A stretch of DNA of 64,000 nucleotides from an uncultured Nitrospiraceae bacterium (GCA_963705105.1 CAVPIW010000005.1:224001-288000); one strand, 5' to 3'; shown: positions 39,791 to 49,989, counted from the first letter of the stretch. Notes: generated by a model from the sequence alone, not told the origin. Made by a program: numbers and translations.

Positions 39791-40333
39791 ATGAGCATGA
39801 GACACCTGAAAATCCTCATCATGGTATTATTCACATTTCTCATCTTCCTTTCATCCACTGCCGCTGCCCAGGAGTCGAAATACCGAATCACGGAAGTGCA
39901 CGACGGGGATACCGTGAGCATACGTGTCAAGGCTTACGCGGGCATTCCGCTCAAGATTGAGCGTGCGCGACTGATCGGCATCGACGCGCCGGAGTTGAAA
40001 CAGGAGCCCTGGGGCCGGAAGGCGCACCGCCATCTCAAGAAGCTCATCAGTCAGAGCGACTGGGTCACGACAGTCGAATTCGATGTCGAGCAGAGAGACA
40101 AGCACGGGCGGCTCCTCGTCTATCTCCGCGGCAGGGACGGGAACCTGATCAACGAGCGCATGGTGGCAGAAGGTTACGCCGTGCTCTTTACCGTCCCGCC
40201 GAACGTGAAGCACGCCGATCTCTTCCTGGAGGCCGAGAGGAAGGCCCGGTCGCAGAAACGGGGCATCTGGGGCGAGAAGGGTTTGCAGGAGATGCCGTCC
40301 GAGTGGCGGCGTGCTCATCCGCGTTCCGACTGA
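39791..40333 (+). CDS. Thermonuclease (SNase-like) family protein
   Basis: V.DGDT, RLIGIDAPE, D.HGRLLVY, PPNVK...AE..AR...RGIW; signal peptide. Confidence 0.92.
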   Translation: MSMRHLKILIMVLFTFLIFLSSTAAAQESKYRITEVHDGDTVSIRVKAYAGIPLKIERARLIGIDAPELKQEPWGRKAHRHLKKLISQSDWVTTVEFDVEQRDKHGRLLVYLRGRDGNLINERMVAEGYAVLFTVPPNVKHADLFLEAERKARSQKRGIWGEKGLQEMPSEWRRAHPRSD

Positions 40334-40351
40334 GATTCCCCTGGTGGATAT

Positions 40352-41364
40352 GTGGGGTCAGACTTGCAAATTGCTTTTGGCTCTCTGAAACTTCAGAATC
40401 TTAATAACTTCCGACATCTGCTCTTTAACGTCTTCAGCTTCCATGAGATATCTTGTGATCACCGCAGGATCTCTTTTCAGGTATCCGGCTATCTCTTTGC
40501 CGCGATACCCATACTCCTTCGCCATCTGACTGAAGAGCCTCCTCGCCGCCATAACTTCAGCCCCCTTGCCTTTCTCTCTCATCGTAGCAAGGTTAATCCC
40601 ACGGACGTGTTCTATTCCCTGGACGATCTCCCGTAATGTATATTCTTTTGGTCTCTTTGTCATCGTGAGTTGGAGTTTGTATTTCTCTTTCACTTCCTCT
40701 GCAAAGCTCTCATCGCCGAGTATCCTCTGGTCTACGGTCCGGTAGACATCATCTTTGCTCACTGCACTACCTTCCTCCATAAAGGCCTGATAAAGTCGCC
40801 GCGCCCCGCCTGTTTCCTCTGAAAACATCCGCAGCACCCGATCCGTATCAACCAGCCCCGCACTGTCCGCCTTGGTGATGTAAAATTTGTGGCTGCTCCA
40901 CGAATATACGCCCGGATGCTTCACGAGTCGCGCTCTGACAGGATTCCGGTGGATGTACTTAAGCAGGGTCAGCAGATATTCGTCTCTGTCACAGAGAATC
41001 GCTTTGTATCTGCCCTGAAAGAGGTGACCGACCTTGTTATATTTCCAGTTGAAGTATTGCGTGTATCTCTGGTTGACCCCCTGAAGGATCTTCGACAGGC
41101 CTGTCTGCCTTGTCTCAATAAGAAGGTGGACATGGTTGCGCATCAAAACATAAGCGTACAGCAGAAAGTTGTATCGACTTTTATAGTCGGCGATGATGTT
41201 GAGGTATTTTTCATAGTCGCCGTCATCTCTGAAGATGCGCTGTTTTTGATTGCCGCGCGTGATGACGTGATAAAAGGCTCCTTCAAATTCGATGCGAGGC
41301 TTCCGCGCCATTAATTATATTAGCAATGTTTTAATGCTTAATGCAATTTGCAAGTCTGACCCCA
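40352..41364 (-). mobile_element. HUH-transposase unit bounded by perfect 22-bp inverted repeats
   Basis: TGGGGTCAGACTTGCAAATTGC at 40352-40373 and its exact reverse complement at 41343-41364. Confidence 0.75.
40358..41311 (-). CDS. REP-associated tyrosine transposase-like (Y1/HUH) protein with C-terminal HTH
   Basis: YHVITRGN, YVLM.NHVHLL (HUH), GHLFQGRY, YIH.NPVRA, Y.WSS. Confidence 0.9.
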   Translation of the reverse strand: MARKPRIEFEGAFYHVITRGNQKQRIFRDDGDYEKYLNIIADYKSRYNFLLYAYVLMRNHVHLLIETRQTGLSKILQGVNQRYTQYFNWKYNKVGHLFQGRYKAILCDRDEYLLTLLKYIHRNPVRARLVKHPGVYSWSSHKFYITKADSAGLVDTDRVLRMFSEETGGARRLYQAFMEEGSAVSKDDVYRTVDQRILGDESFAEEVKEKYKLQLTMTKRPKEYTLREIVQGIEHVRGINLATMREKGKGAEVMAARRLFSQMAKEYGYRGKEIAGYLKRDPAVITRYLMEAEDVKEQMSEVIKILKFQRAKSNLQV

Positions 41365-42279
41365 TCTTCCGATTCTCCTGATCTCCGGTTCGAGGATGAT
41401 ACCGAAGGCTTGATGCACTTTCCGGGAGACGGCGTCCATGAGGCGGAGGAAATCTGCGGCCGTGCCGCCGCCGGTGTTGATGAAGAAATTCGCATGGACG
41501 GTGCTGACGGAGATGCCACCTGCTGTCATGCCCTTGCACCCTGCCTCGTCGATGAGTTTTCCCGCCGAAAGGCCGGGGGGGTTCCTGAACACGCACCCCG
41601 CGGAGCGCTGCCAGACGGGCTGTCCCGCTTTCTTTTCCTTCATAAAGGACCGGAACCTCTTTTGAATCTCGACGGGATCGTCCCTTTTCAACGCCAGCTC
41701 CGCGCTCACGATAACGGCGCCATCCGGCAGTGCCGTTTTCCGGTAGGCGAACATCATTTCTTCAGCTTTCACGTTCCTCAACACGCCGTCAGGCATAAGA
41801 ACCGAACAGGAGAGGAAGACGTCCCTCATTTCATAGCCGAAAGACCCCGCATTGCCGGCGACGGCGCCGCCGACGGAGCCGGGTATGCCAGCCAGGCCTT
41901 CCATACCGGAAAAACCCGCCCGAATTGCGGAGACGATGAAGGCCTGAAGCGCCATGCCGGACTGGACGCAGGCGATCCCGTTGCAGGAAAGGGAGCACGT
42001 CTTCATGGCTGCGGTGAGAATGACAGCGCCCTCAATACCCCCGTCATGAACGAGGACATTTGTCCCCCTGCCGAGGACCGTGTACGGGATCTGTTTGTCT
42101 CTCAGGATAGCGATGACTTCAACAAGAGACTGCTCGTCAGGGGACAGGAGCATGTCGGCGGGACCGCCGATGCCGAGGGATGTATGCCGGGCCATCGGTT
42201 CGGAAAACGTCAGCCCGATCCTCCGGGACAGGCAGAATGCCTCTATCCCGGACTCGTCATGGCGCATCATTGCATGCAC
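41338..42279 (-). CDS. murB: UDP-N-acetylmuramate dehydrogenase
   Basis: HTS.GIGGPA, G.GTNVL, GIPGSVGGA..NAG, SAGCVFRNP, HANFFIN, LEPE; start codon uncertain. Confidence 0.95.
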   Translation of the reverse strand: MHAMMRHDESGIEAFCLSRRIGLTFSEPMARHTSLGIGGPADMLLSPDEQSLVEVIAILRDKQIPYTVLGRGTNVLVHDGGIEGAVILTAAMKTCSLSCNGIACVQSGMALQAFIVSAIRAGFSGMEGLAGIPGSVGGAVAGNAGSFGYEMRDVFLSCSVLMPDGVLRNVKAEEMMFAYRKTALPDGAVIVSAELALKRDDPVEIQKRFRSFMKEKKAGQPVWQRSAGCVFRNPPGLSAGKLIDEAGCKGMTAGGISVSTVHANFFINTGGGTAADFLRLMDAVSRKVHQAFGIILEPEIRRIGRWGQTCKLH

Positions 42280-42284
42280 CCTCC

Positions 42285-42454
42285 GGAAAGGCGGGGCGTA
42301 TGCGCCGAAAAACCTCGGTGCTGCGAAACCTTTGCCTTCCCATAAAGACTGTTTCAGGCGACGGTCATTGCCACAAAGGATGGAATCCCTAAGCCCGATT
42401 TAGAATAATCACTCTCGCTATCGGCGAGGCTTTGAGGCGCCTTGCCCCGCCTTT
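42285..42454. repeat. Family C element between murC and murB
   Basis: GGAAAGGCGGGGCGTATGCGCC...GGCGCCTTGCCCCGCCTTTTC. Confidence 0.8.
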
Positions 42455-42474
42455 TCATGCTTCTGCGCGATAGT

Positions 42475-43890
42475 CTATGCCCGGAGCGCCGTCTCCGGGG
42501 TGCGGAGTTCCCTCAGGAGCTCCTCGCCGATGGCGTAGACATTCCCCGCTCCAAGGGTCATGAGGACATCGCCGGGCTTCAGGTCCGAGAGAAGCCGCCC
42601 GATGATATCTCTCTTGTCTCTCACGTGGATCGCGTTTTTGAGGCCCCTGGCCTTCATGACGCCGAGGAGCCGTCCTGAATCGATGCCCTCGATGGGCCGC
42701 TCACCGGCGGGATAGATGTCCATGAGATAGAGGACATCGATGTCGCCGAAGCTCTCCGCGAATTCCTCGAGATGGTCCCGCGTCCTTGTGTAGCGGTGGG
42801 GCTGAAACAGGACGGAGAGCTTCCTGTCGGGGAAGCACTCCCGGGCAGCTTTCAGCGTCGCCCTGACCTCGGCCGGGTGGTGGCCGTAGTCGTCATAGAC
42901 CCTGATCCCCCGGGCCTCCCCCTTCAGCTCGAACCGCCTCTGGATGCCGCTGAAGCCCCTCATGGCATCGGCAATGGCCGGCAGAGGGATCTGCACCTCC
43001 CGGGCCGCCGCGATCGCCGCGAGCCCGTTCAGCACGTTGTGCACACCCGGCACGGGGATGGAGAATGTGCCGAGCGGCTCGCCGCGGAACAGGGCGTCGA
43101 AGACCATCATGGTGCCCGACCGCCTGATATCCCTGGCGCAAAAGTCGGCCGATTCCGAGAACCCGTACGTCAGGACCCTCCGCTCGACAAAGGGAAGCAC
43201 CTCCCTGACGTGTTCGTTTTCGAGGCAGACGATGGAGACGCCGTAGAAGGGCACCTTGTTCATGAATGTGATGAAGGCCCGCTTGAGGTTCTCCATGTCC
43301 CGGAAGAATTCCATGTGCTCCCTGTCGATGTTCGTGATGACGGCGATCACCGGGTTCAGCTTCAGGAAGGACCCGTCGCTCTCATCGGCCTCGGCGACGA
43401 GGAAATCTCCCTGCCCCAGCTTCGCGTTGCTGCCGATTGCCTTGAGCTTCCCGCCGATCACGACGGTCGGGTCCTTGCCCCCCTCGGCGAGGATCGTCGC
43501 GATGAGAGAGGTCGTCGTCGTTTTGCCGTGCGCACCGGCGACGAGGACGCCGTATTTCAACCTTCCCAGTTCCGCGAGCATCTCCGCCCGCGGTATCACC
43601 GGGATCGAACGGCGCCTGGCCTCGACAACCTCGGGGTTCGTCTGCGGCACCGCAGAGGATATGACGACGACATGGGCATGACCCACGTGGGCGCGGTCGT
43701 GTCCGATGGAGATCCTGATTCCCATCGCCGCAAGCCTTCTTGTCGTCTCCGATTCCTTCACGTCCGACCCCGTCACCTCATAGCCGAGGTTGCGCAGGAC
43801 CTCGGCTATGCCGCTCATGCCGACGCCGCCGATGCCCACAAAATGAATGATCCTGTATGTGTTGAACAACCTTTTCCCCCTGTGTTTCAA
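42475..43890 (-). CDS. murC: UDP-N-acetylmuramate--L-alanine ligase
   Basis: HFVGIGGVGMSGIA, GAHGKTTTTS, EADESDGSF, DDYGHHP, FQPHRYTRT. Confidence 0.98.
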   Translation of the reverse strand: MKHRGKRLFNTYRIIHFVGIGGVGMSGIAEVLRNLGYEVTGSDVKESETTRRLAAMGIRISIGHDRAHVGHAHVVVISSAVPQTNPEVVEARRRSIPVIPRAEMLAELGRLKYGVLVAGAHGKTTTTSLIATILAEGGKDPTVVIGGKLKAIGSNAKLGQGDFLVAEADESDGSFLKLNPVIAVITNIDREHMEFFRDMENLKRAFITFMNKVPFYGVSIVCLENEHVREVLPFVERRVLTYGFSESADFCARDIRRSGTMMVFDALFRGEPLGTFSIPVPGVHNVLNGLAAIAAAREVQIPLPAIADAMRGFSGIQRRFELKGEARGIRVYDDYGHHPAEVRATLKAARECFPDRKLSVLFQPHRYTRTRDHLEEFAESFGDIDVLYLMDIYPAGERPIEGIDSGRLLGVMKARGLKNAIHVRDKRDIIGRLLSDLKPGDVLMTLGAGNVYAIGEELLRELRTPETALRA

Positions 43891-43914
43891 ATCTGACCGC
43901 CCTGCCGGCGGTCT

Positions 43915-45021
43915 TTACGTCTTCCTTCTCGTCTTCACCAGGCTGACGGCGATCTTCACGATCCTCTCCGCAGCATCCACCCTTCCGCAGGCCCTGGCCG
44001 CCCTCTGCATCTCCTCCCGGAGTCCCCTGTCCTGATAAATCCCGCGGATCTCCCGGGCCAGGACCTTCCCGTCGAGGTCCTTCTGGAGAATGAGCCGCGC
44101 CGCACCCATGTCCTGGAGCTTTCTCGCGTTGAACTCCTGGTGATGCGCCGCCGCAAAGGGATAGGGAACGAGGATCGACGCTTTCCCGACGGCCGTGATC
44201 TCGGCGAGGGCCGTTGCGCCGGACCTGCTGACGACGAGATCGGCCAGCGTGTATGCCTCGGCCATCTGATAGATGAACGGGACGACGATGCCCTGAAACG
44301 AGAGCCTGCGGTATGATTCGGTCACCACTTTATGGTCACGCTCGCCCGTCTGATGCAGGAACTGTATATTTTGCCTCAGGTCGACGAGGTATTGCAACGC
44401 CTCGGCCATGCATTCATTGATGCGCTGTGCGCCTGAGCTTCCCCCGATGATGAGGACCGTGAACTTCTCCCTGTCCAGGGGAAAGAGCCCATAGGCCGCC
44501 TCGATGTCTCTCCGCAGCAGACCGCGCCTGACAGGGTTGCCTGTGAGAAACGTCTTTTCATCGGGGAAAAAAGAGATGCTCTCCTGGTAGGTGACGGCGA
44601 CGGCATCGGCCCACCGGCCGAGAAACCGGTTCGCCAGCCCGGGAACGGCGTTCTGTTCGATGATCATGCAGGGGATGCCCAGCGCATGGGCCGCAAGCAC
44701 CGTCCCGACCGACGCGTACCCGCCCACGCCGATCACGATGTCCGGTTCGAGGGATTTCAGGATGCGGCGTGCGTCAGAGAGGGAGAGAAGAAAGAGCAGG
44801 ATCGCCCGGGCTTTCCTGACGAATGACTTGCCGACGATTCCCTCGGCCCGGACACGGTGAAAGGCATAGCCCTCCCGGGGGACGATGCGCGCCTCGATGC
44901 CGTGGTCCGTGCCGACAAAGACGACGCTGCCGGCGCCCCCCGTCGCCCGGAACTCTTCAGCGACGGCGATGCCCGGAAAGAGGTGTCCTCCCGTGCCACC
45001 GCCGGCGATGACAACCTTCAC
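43915..45021 (-). CDS. murG: MurG glycosyltransferase
   Basis: GGGTGGHLFP, GGYAS, EQNA.PGLAN, GNPVR, RSGA. Confidence 0.98.
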   Translation of the reverse strand: MKVVIAGGGTGGHLFPGIAVAEEFRATGGAGSVVFVGTDHGIEARIVPREGYAFHRVRAEGIVGKSFVRKARAILLFLLSLSDARRILKSLEPDIVIGVGGYASVGTVLAAHALGIPCMIIEQNAVPGLANRFLGRWADAVAVTYQESISFFPDEKTFLTGNPVRRGLLRRDIEAAYGLFPLDREKFTVLIIGGSSGAQRINECMAEALQYLVDLRQNIQFLHQTGERDHKVVTESYRRLSFQGIVVPFIYQMAEAYTLADLVVSRSGATALAEITAVGKASILVPYPFAAAHHQEFNARKLQDMGAARLILQKDLDGKVLAREIRGIYQDRGLREEMQRAARACGRVDAAERIVKIAVSLVKTRRKT

Positions 45022-46310
45022 CTGTCGTCCTCAGGGTGATCCTTTCCTGCCGGCGTGCTCCTCCGGTACCGGCTGTAGCCGAACCCCCTGTCCCACCGCA
45101 GGGGGGACGTCGCCGGGATCTGCCCCATTGCCGGAGCGGGAGTGTTGTCGCCCGCCCCCTTTCCGATGGCATCCGCCCCCAACGCTTCTCCCACCGTTGC
45201 CGTGCGGCGAGAAACGTTGAGAAGGAGGCCTATGGCCGTCATGCTGACGATGAGCGACGAGCCTCCGTAGCTTATAAAGGGCAGGGGCAGTCCCTTTGTG
45301 GGGACCATTCCCGTGACGACGGCGAAGTTGATGGCTGCCTGGAGGGCGATCATGATTGAGATCCCGAAGGCGAGGTAGTAGGCAAAGAGGTCGTTGGGGT
45401 CTTTGGCCCCCCGGGCGATGGCGACGCCCCGCAGGAAGAGGAAGAGGAAAAGGATCACCACGGCGATGGCGCCGATGAGGCCGACCTCTTCGCCGATGAT
45501 CGAAAAGATGAAGTCCGTGTGCGCCTCCGGCAGAAAGGCGAGTTTCTGTTTGCCCTCACCGAGGCCGATGCCGGCCACTCCTCCGCTGCCGAGAGCGATG
45601 TAGGACTGGATGAGCTGAAACCCGCTCCCCTGCGGATCGGCCCAGGGATCGAGAAAGGCCAGGATCCGTTTCAGCCTGTACGGCTTCATTGCAAGCATGA
45701 CAACGACGGGCAGTGCAGCCCCTGAAAGGCACAGGAGATATCGCATCCTCGTCCCCGCGAGAAACAGCAGGAACATGGTGATGATCCCGAGGCTCATGAC
45801 GGCCCCGAAATCGGGCTGCTTGATGAAGATGCCCTGAAAGACGACCATCACGCCGATGGGGATGACAAAGGAAGCGACGGAGTCCTTCCTGAAATGTTCG
45901 CTGCTCGCATACCAGGCGAGAAAAAGGACAACGGAGAGCTTCACCAGCTCCGAGGGCTGGAAGGCCGACGGCCAGAGCCTCAGCCAGCGCCTCGCCCCGC
46001 CCGCCCTGACGCCCAGAGGTGTAAACACGAGCAGGACGCCGATCAGCGAGATGACGAGCAGTGGGATGACGAGTTTTTTAATGGTTTCCAGGGGGAGTCT
46101 CGACGCGGCGATGAGGGCTAAGAGACCGAGAATCGCCGTGAAGACCTGCTTCTTCACATAATGGAACTGGCTCAGCGTTGACTGTTTACCCGCCTGTTTT
46201 TCCATGACGTCGGGGCTTATGACGGACGTCGAGCTGTACACACCTGTCAGCCCGATGAGAATGAGCAGGGAAACGACAACGAGGATGGAGCGGTCGTAAA
46301 AAGCAGTCAT
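45018..46310 (-). CDS. ftsW: Cell division protein FtsW
   Basis: GARRW, FQPSELVK, QPDFG, LPEAHTDFIF, PTKGLPLPFISYGGSS. Confidence 0.97.
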   Translation of the reverse strand: MTAFYDRSILVVVSLLILIGLTGVYSSTSVISPDVMEKQAGKQSTLSQFHYVKKQVFTAILGLLALIAASRLPLETIKKLVIPLLVISLIGVLLVFTPLGVRAGGARRWLRLWPSAFQPSELVKLSVVLFLAWYASSEHFRKDSVASFVIPIGVMVVFQGIFIKQPDFGAVMSLGIITMFLLFLAGTRMRYLLCLSGAALPVVVMLAMKPYRLKRILAFLDPWADPQGSGFQLIQSYIALGSGGVAGIGLGEGKQKLAFLPEAHTDFIFSIIGEEVGLIGAIAVVILFLFLFLRGVAIARGAKDPNDLFAYYLAFGISIMIALQAAINFAVVTGMVPTKGLPLPFISYGGSSLIVSMTAIGLLLNVSRRTATVGEALGADAIGKGAGDNTPAPAMGQIPATSPLRWDRGFGYSRYRRSTPAGKDHPEDDR

Positions 46311-47737
46311 AGTGCCAGCACCGCCTCCTTGAACTGCCTTCCCCGGTCTTCGAAATCCCTGAACATGTCGAAACTCGCGCAGGCCGGAGACAGGAGCACC
46401 ACATCACCGCTGACGGCAAGGTCTCGGGCCTTCCTGACGGCCGACACCAGCGTCCCTTCCCGGTGCGTCGCCGTGTCGTCGCCGACGGCCTTTTCGATCT
46501 TCCCTGCCGCCTCGCCGATAAGAATGAGAGCCTTCACTCGTTCTTTCACCAGCGGCCCCAGGACCGGGAAGTCGCCGTCCTTGTCCCTCCCGCCGGCGAT
46601 GAGGATGACAGGGCGGTCGAAGCTTTCGAGTGACTTGACGACGGCGCCCACATTCGTGCCCTTCGAGTCGTTGATGTAGGTGACGCCGCCCACCTCCCTC
46701 ACGAACTCGAGCCGGTGCTCGAGGCCGGGAAAGCGCTGCAGGACGTCCGTCACGGCCTTTCCGCTGCAGCCGAAGAGCAGCGCCGTCAATGACGCGGCCA
46801 TGGCGTTTTCGATGTTGTGCACCCCCTTGATGACGAAGGTGGTCGGGTCGAGGGTGAACCCTGACGGCAGTTGCGCGGCGCAGCGAAGGGGGAGGTCGAA
46901 CCGGATGATCCCGTCTTCGTAAAACGCTCCCTTTACCGCTCCTTTTCTGCTGAAGAAGTAGCGTTCGGGACCTTTTTGCGCACCGAGGCCCGCGCGGTCC
47001 ATCCGGGAGAGGACGTCCGGTGTCACCGCGTCGTCCGCATTGAGAACGGCGAAATCGTCGCCTCTTTGGTTGAGGAAAACGCGGCACTTGGCATCGGTGT
47101 ATGCGGAAAGGGATGGGTACCTGTCCATATGGTCCGGCGTGACATTCAGGAGAGCGGCCCCACGGGGCCTGAAAGTCTGAATCGTCTCGAGCTGGAAACT
47201 GGAGAGCTCGACGACGACGGCAGACCGGCCCTGTCTCTCTTTGCCCGCCTTCTCCGCGCCGGTCCTGATCATCTCGTCCGTTAGTGCCGTGCCGATGTTG
47301 CCGCCCAGGAGTGCGGGAAATCCGCTCTCCTTCACCATCTCATAAAGCAGCATCGTCGTCGTCGATTTCCCGTTCGTCCCCGTGACGGCCAGAAACTCCA
47401 TCCCGGCGTCGCGGTCCGTCATGACCCGGTAGGCGAGCTCCAGCTCACCGATGATCGGGATGCCTTTGTCGGCGGCCTTTTGCAGCGGCGCGATCGTCAG
47501 GGGGACGCCGGGACTGACGACGATGAGGTCAGCCGTTTCAAACAGGGCGGGAGGATGACCGCCCATTTCCCGGCGGATGCCCCGGGGAAGCCTGCCGAGG
47601 ACATCCCCCAACTCCTCCGGGCCTTTCCGGTCCGTCACGGTCACATCGGCGCCGAGTCCGTGAAGGAGCGTCGCCGCACCGGCCCCGCTGCGGGCGAGGC
47701 CGACGACTGTCACCCGTTTTCCCCTGAAATCGATCAT
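46307..47737 (-). CDS. murD: MurD ligase
   Basis: GLARSG, VTGTNGKSTT, ELSSFQL, INDSKGTN, LLSPACASFD. Confidence 0.98.
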   Translation of the reverse strand: MIDFRGKRVTVVGLARSGAGAATLLHGLGADVTVTDRKGPEELGDVLGRLPRGIRREMGGHPPALFETADLIVVSPGVPLTIAPLQKAADKGIPIIGELELAYRVMTDRDAGMEFLAVTGTNGKSTTTMLLYEMVKESGFPALLGGNIGTALTDEMIRTGAEKAGKERQGRSAVVVELSSFQLETIQTFRPRGAALLNVTPDHMDRYPSLSAYTDAKCRVFLNQRGDDFAVLNADDAVTPDVLSRMDRAGLGAQKGPERYFFSRKGAVKGAFYEDGIIRFDLPLRCAAQLPSGFTLDPTTFVIKGVHNIENAMAASLTALLFGCSGKAVTDVLQRFPGLEHRLEFVREVGGVTYINDSKGTNVGAVVKSLESFDRPVILIAGGRDKDGDFPVLGPLVKERVKALILIGEAAGKIEKAVGDDTATHREGTLVSAVRKARDLAVSGDVVLLSPACASFDMFRDFEDRGRQFKEAVLAL

Positions 47738-47761
47738 GATCCCGACAGCACCGGCGGGGAA

Positions 47762-48898
47762 TTAAGAGTTATCCGGAACGGACCCGTTCCGGGCCTGCAG
47801 TTGCCGAGATTTGGGCTGCTTCGTCCCTGATTTCTTCGTCGCGGCCTTTTTGGAGGTCGTTCCTCCCTTCGTTTTCGCCTTGACGGTCGTCTTCTTCCGA
47901 TCCGCCGCGGCGACGCTTGTCTTCTTGCCACGTGACTTTTCGGCCTTGCTCACTTTCCTGTCCGCCTTCGCCGGCGCGTAGGAGGCCAGCACGAAGGGTC
48001 TCTCGGAGGTATCCTTCACATAGATGACGGGCCTGGCCCTCTCGGTAACGACGTCATAGCCCTTGGCGAGTAGGTCCGTCGACTCTTCCCAGAGGCCTTC
48101 CCGGGCCGCCTCACCGAGGACGGCCGTTATGAGCATCGACTCTCCCCTTTGGGCGGCGCAGACGAAGCAGTGCCGCGCCGCCTTTGTGTATCCCGTCTTG
48201 CCGCCCACCACGTCGTCATCCGTCCAGAGGAGGTTGTTGGTGTTCTTGACGAAGAGCCCCCTGCCTCCCTGGGTATAGACTTTTTTGGTCCGCGTGCTGA
48301 CGATCTCCCTGATGAGCGGGTACGTGAGCGCCTCCTTCATGACCTTTGTGAGATCGAAGGCCGTTATATGCTGCCCCGGACCGGGAAGTCCCGAGGCATT
48401 GATGAACCGGGTGTTGTGGGCGCCGATGCGCTGGACCTTTTCGTTCATCAGCGTTGCAAAGGCGTCCTCCGATCCGGCAACGGCTTCAGCGAGGACCACT
48501 GTCGCCCCGTTGACGGACCTCATGAGTGCGAGATGAAGGAGGTTCCTGACGCTGATGCGCTCGTTCTGCCTGAGATGAGGCGCAACGGACGGCACGTCGG
48601 CGGCATTGGCGCTGACGGTGACGACGGAATCGGGATGGATCCTGTCGAGAACGACCATTGCCGTGACGAGTTTTGTCGTACTCGCGGGGGGCAGCTTGAG
48701 GTGAGGGTTCTTCGCGTAGAGTATCCGTTCGGAGCCCGCGTCGATAACAACGGCGGCGGCCGCCGAAATCTCCTCGGCCGGCGCGGCGGCGGGCAATGAC
48801 AGCGCTGGCATGACGAGGAGGATGAGGGTGAGCGCAAGGATGGGCCATTTGCCGTCCTTAAAGAGGAATCTCCCGTGCCTGTTCCGGATATGCTTCAT
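47762..48898 (-). CDS. D-alanyl-D-alanine carboxypeptidase (S11) with Lys-rich tail
   Basis: PASTTK (SxxK), SVN, F.NASGL, KTGYT. Confidence 0.92.
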   Translation of the reverse strand: MKHIRNRHGRFLFKDGKWPILALTLILLVMPALSLPAAAPAEEISAAAAVVIDAGSERILYAKNPHLKLPPASTTKLVTAMVVLDRIHPDSVVTVSANAADVPSVAPHLRQNERISVRNLLHLALMRSVNGATVVLAEAVAGSEDAFATLMNEKVQRIGAHNTRFINASGLPGPGQHITAFDLTKVMKEALTYPLIREIVSTRTKKVYTQGGRGLFVKNTNNLLWTDDDVVGGKTGYTKAARHCFVCAAQRGESMLITAVLGEAAREGLWEESTDLLAKGYDVVTERARPVIYVKDTSERPFVLASYAPAKADRKVSKAEKSRGKKTSVAAADRKKTTVKAKTKGGTTSKKAATKKSGTKQPKSRQLQARNGSVPDNS

Positions 48899-48902
48899 CG
48901 TT

Positions 48903-49985
48903 TCACCTCAATTTTAATGTTGCAAGACTGAATAAGGCAAGGATAATACCGACGATCCAGAACCGCAGGACGACCTTGGGCTCCGGCCAGCCTTTGAGCT
49001 CGAAGTGGTGGTGGATCGGCGCCATCTTGAAGATCCTCCGGCCTGTCAGCCTGTAGGAGGCGACCTGCATGACGACGGAAACGGTCTCGATGACGAAGAT
49101 GCCGCCGACTATGGCGAGGACGATCTCGTGCTTCGTGATCACCGCGAGTGTCCCGAGGGCGCCCCCGATCCCGAGGGATCCCACATCGCCCATGAAGATC
49201 TCGGCCGGATGGGCGTTATACCAGAGGAACCCGAGGGACGCGCCGAATAGGGCGCCGCAGAAGACCGTCAGCTCCCCGATCCCCGGCAGGTACAGCACCT
49301 GAAGGTAGCGGGCGAACTGCGCGTGTCCCGACAGGTACACGAGGGCCCCGTTGGCGAGGGTGGCGATGGCGACGAGACCGATGGCGAGGCCGTCGATCCC
49401 ATCGGTGAGATTGACGGCATTCGATGACCCCACCATGACGAACATCGAAAAAGGCACGTAGAGCATGCCGAAGTCGAAGAGCCACTTCTTGAAAAACGGC
49501 ACACTCAGAACCGTTGTGTACGGGTCGTGGGGGTTCGCATACAGAAATGTGCCTATGGCGAGGGCAAGGGCCACCTGTCCTCCGAATTTGTAACGTCCTT
49601 TCAATCCTTTCGGGTTTTTCTTGATCATCTTGAGGTAGTCGTCGACAAAGCCGATGGCGCCGAACCCGAGGAGGGCCGTCATGACGACGCAGATGTAAAC
49701 ATTCCGGAAATCCCCCCACATCGCCATCGACACAACGATCGATGCGAGAATGATGATGCCGCCCATGGTCGGAGTGCCCGACTTGGCATGGTGGGTGCTG
49801 GGGCCGTCATCCCTGATCTGCTGGATCATGCTGATCTGCTTGAGCCACCTGATCAGGGGAGGGGCGATGATGAACGTGACGATCAGCGCCGTAAAGGAGG
49901 CAAGGGCCGACCGGAACGTGATGTACCGGAAGACGTTGAACGGAGAGTAGTATTCATGCAAACCGTAGAGCGCCTCGTAGAGCAT
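48903..49985 (-). CDS. mraY: Phospho-MurNAc-pentapeptide transferase
   Basis: K.GTPTMGG, DDYLK, SNAVNLTDGIDGL, FMGDVGS, APIHHHFE. Confidence 0.98.
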   Translation of the reverse strand: MLYEALYGLHEYYSPFNVFRYITFRSALASFTALIVTFIIAPPLIRWLKQISMIQQIRDDGPSTHHAKSGTPTMGGIIILASIVVSMAMWGDFRNVYICVVMTALLGFGAIGFVDDYLKMIKKNPKGLKGRYKFGGQVALALAIGTFLYANPHDPYTTVLSVPFFKKWLFDFGMLYVPFSMFVMVGSSNAVNLTDGIDGLAIGLVAIATLANGALVYLSGHAQFARYLQVLYLPGIGELTVFCGALFGASLGFLWYNAHPAEIFMGDVGSLGIGGALGTLAVITKHEIVLAIVGGIFVIETVSVVMQVASYRLTGRRIFKMAPIHHHFELKGWPEPKVVLRFWIVGIILALFSLATLKLR

Positions 49986-49989
49986 GGCG

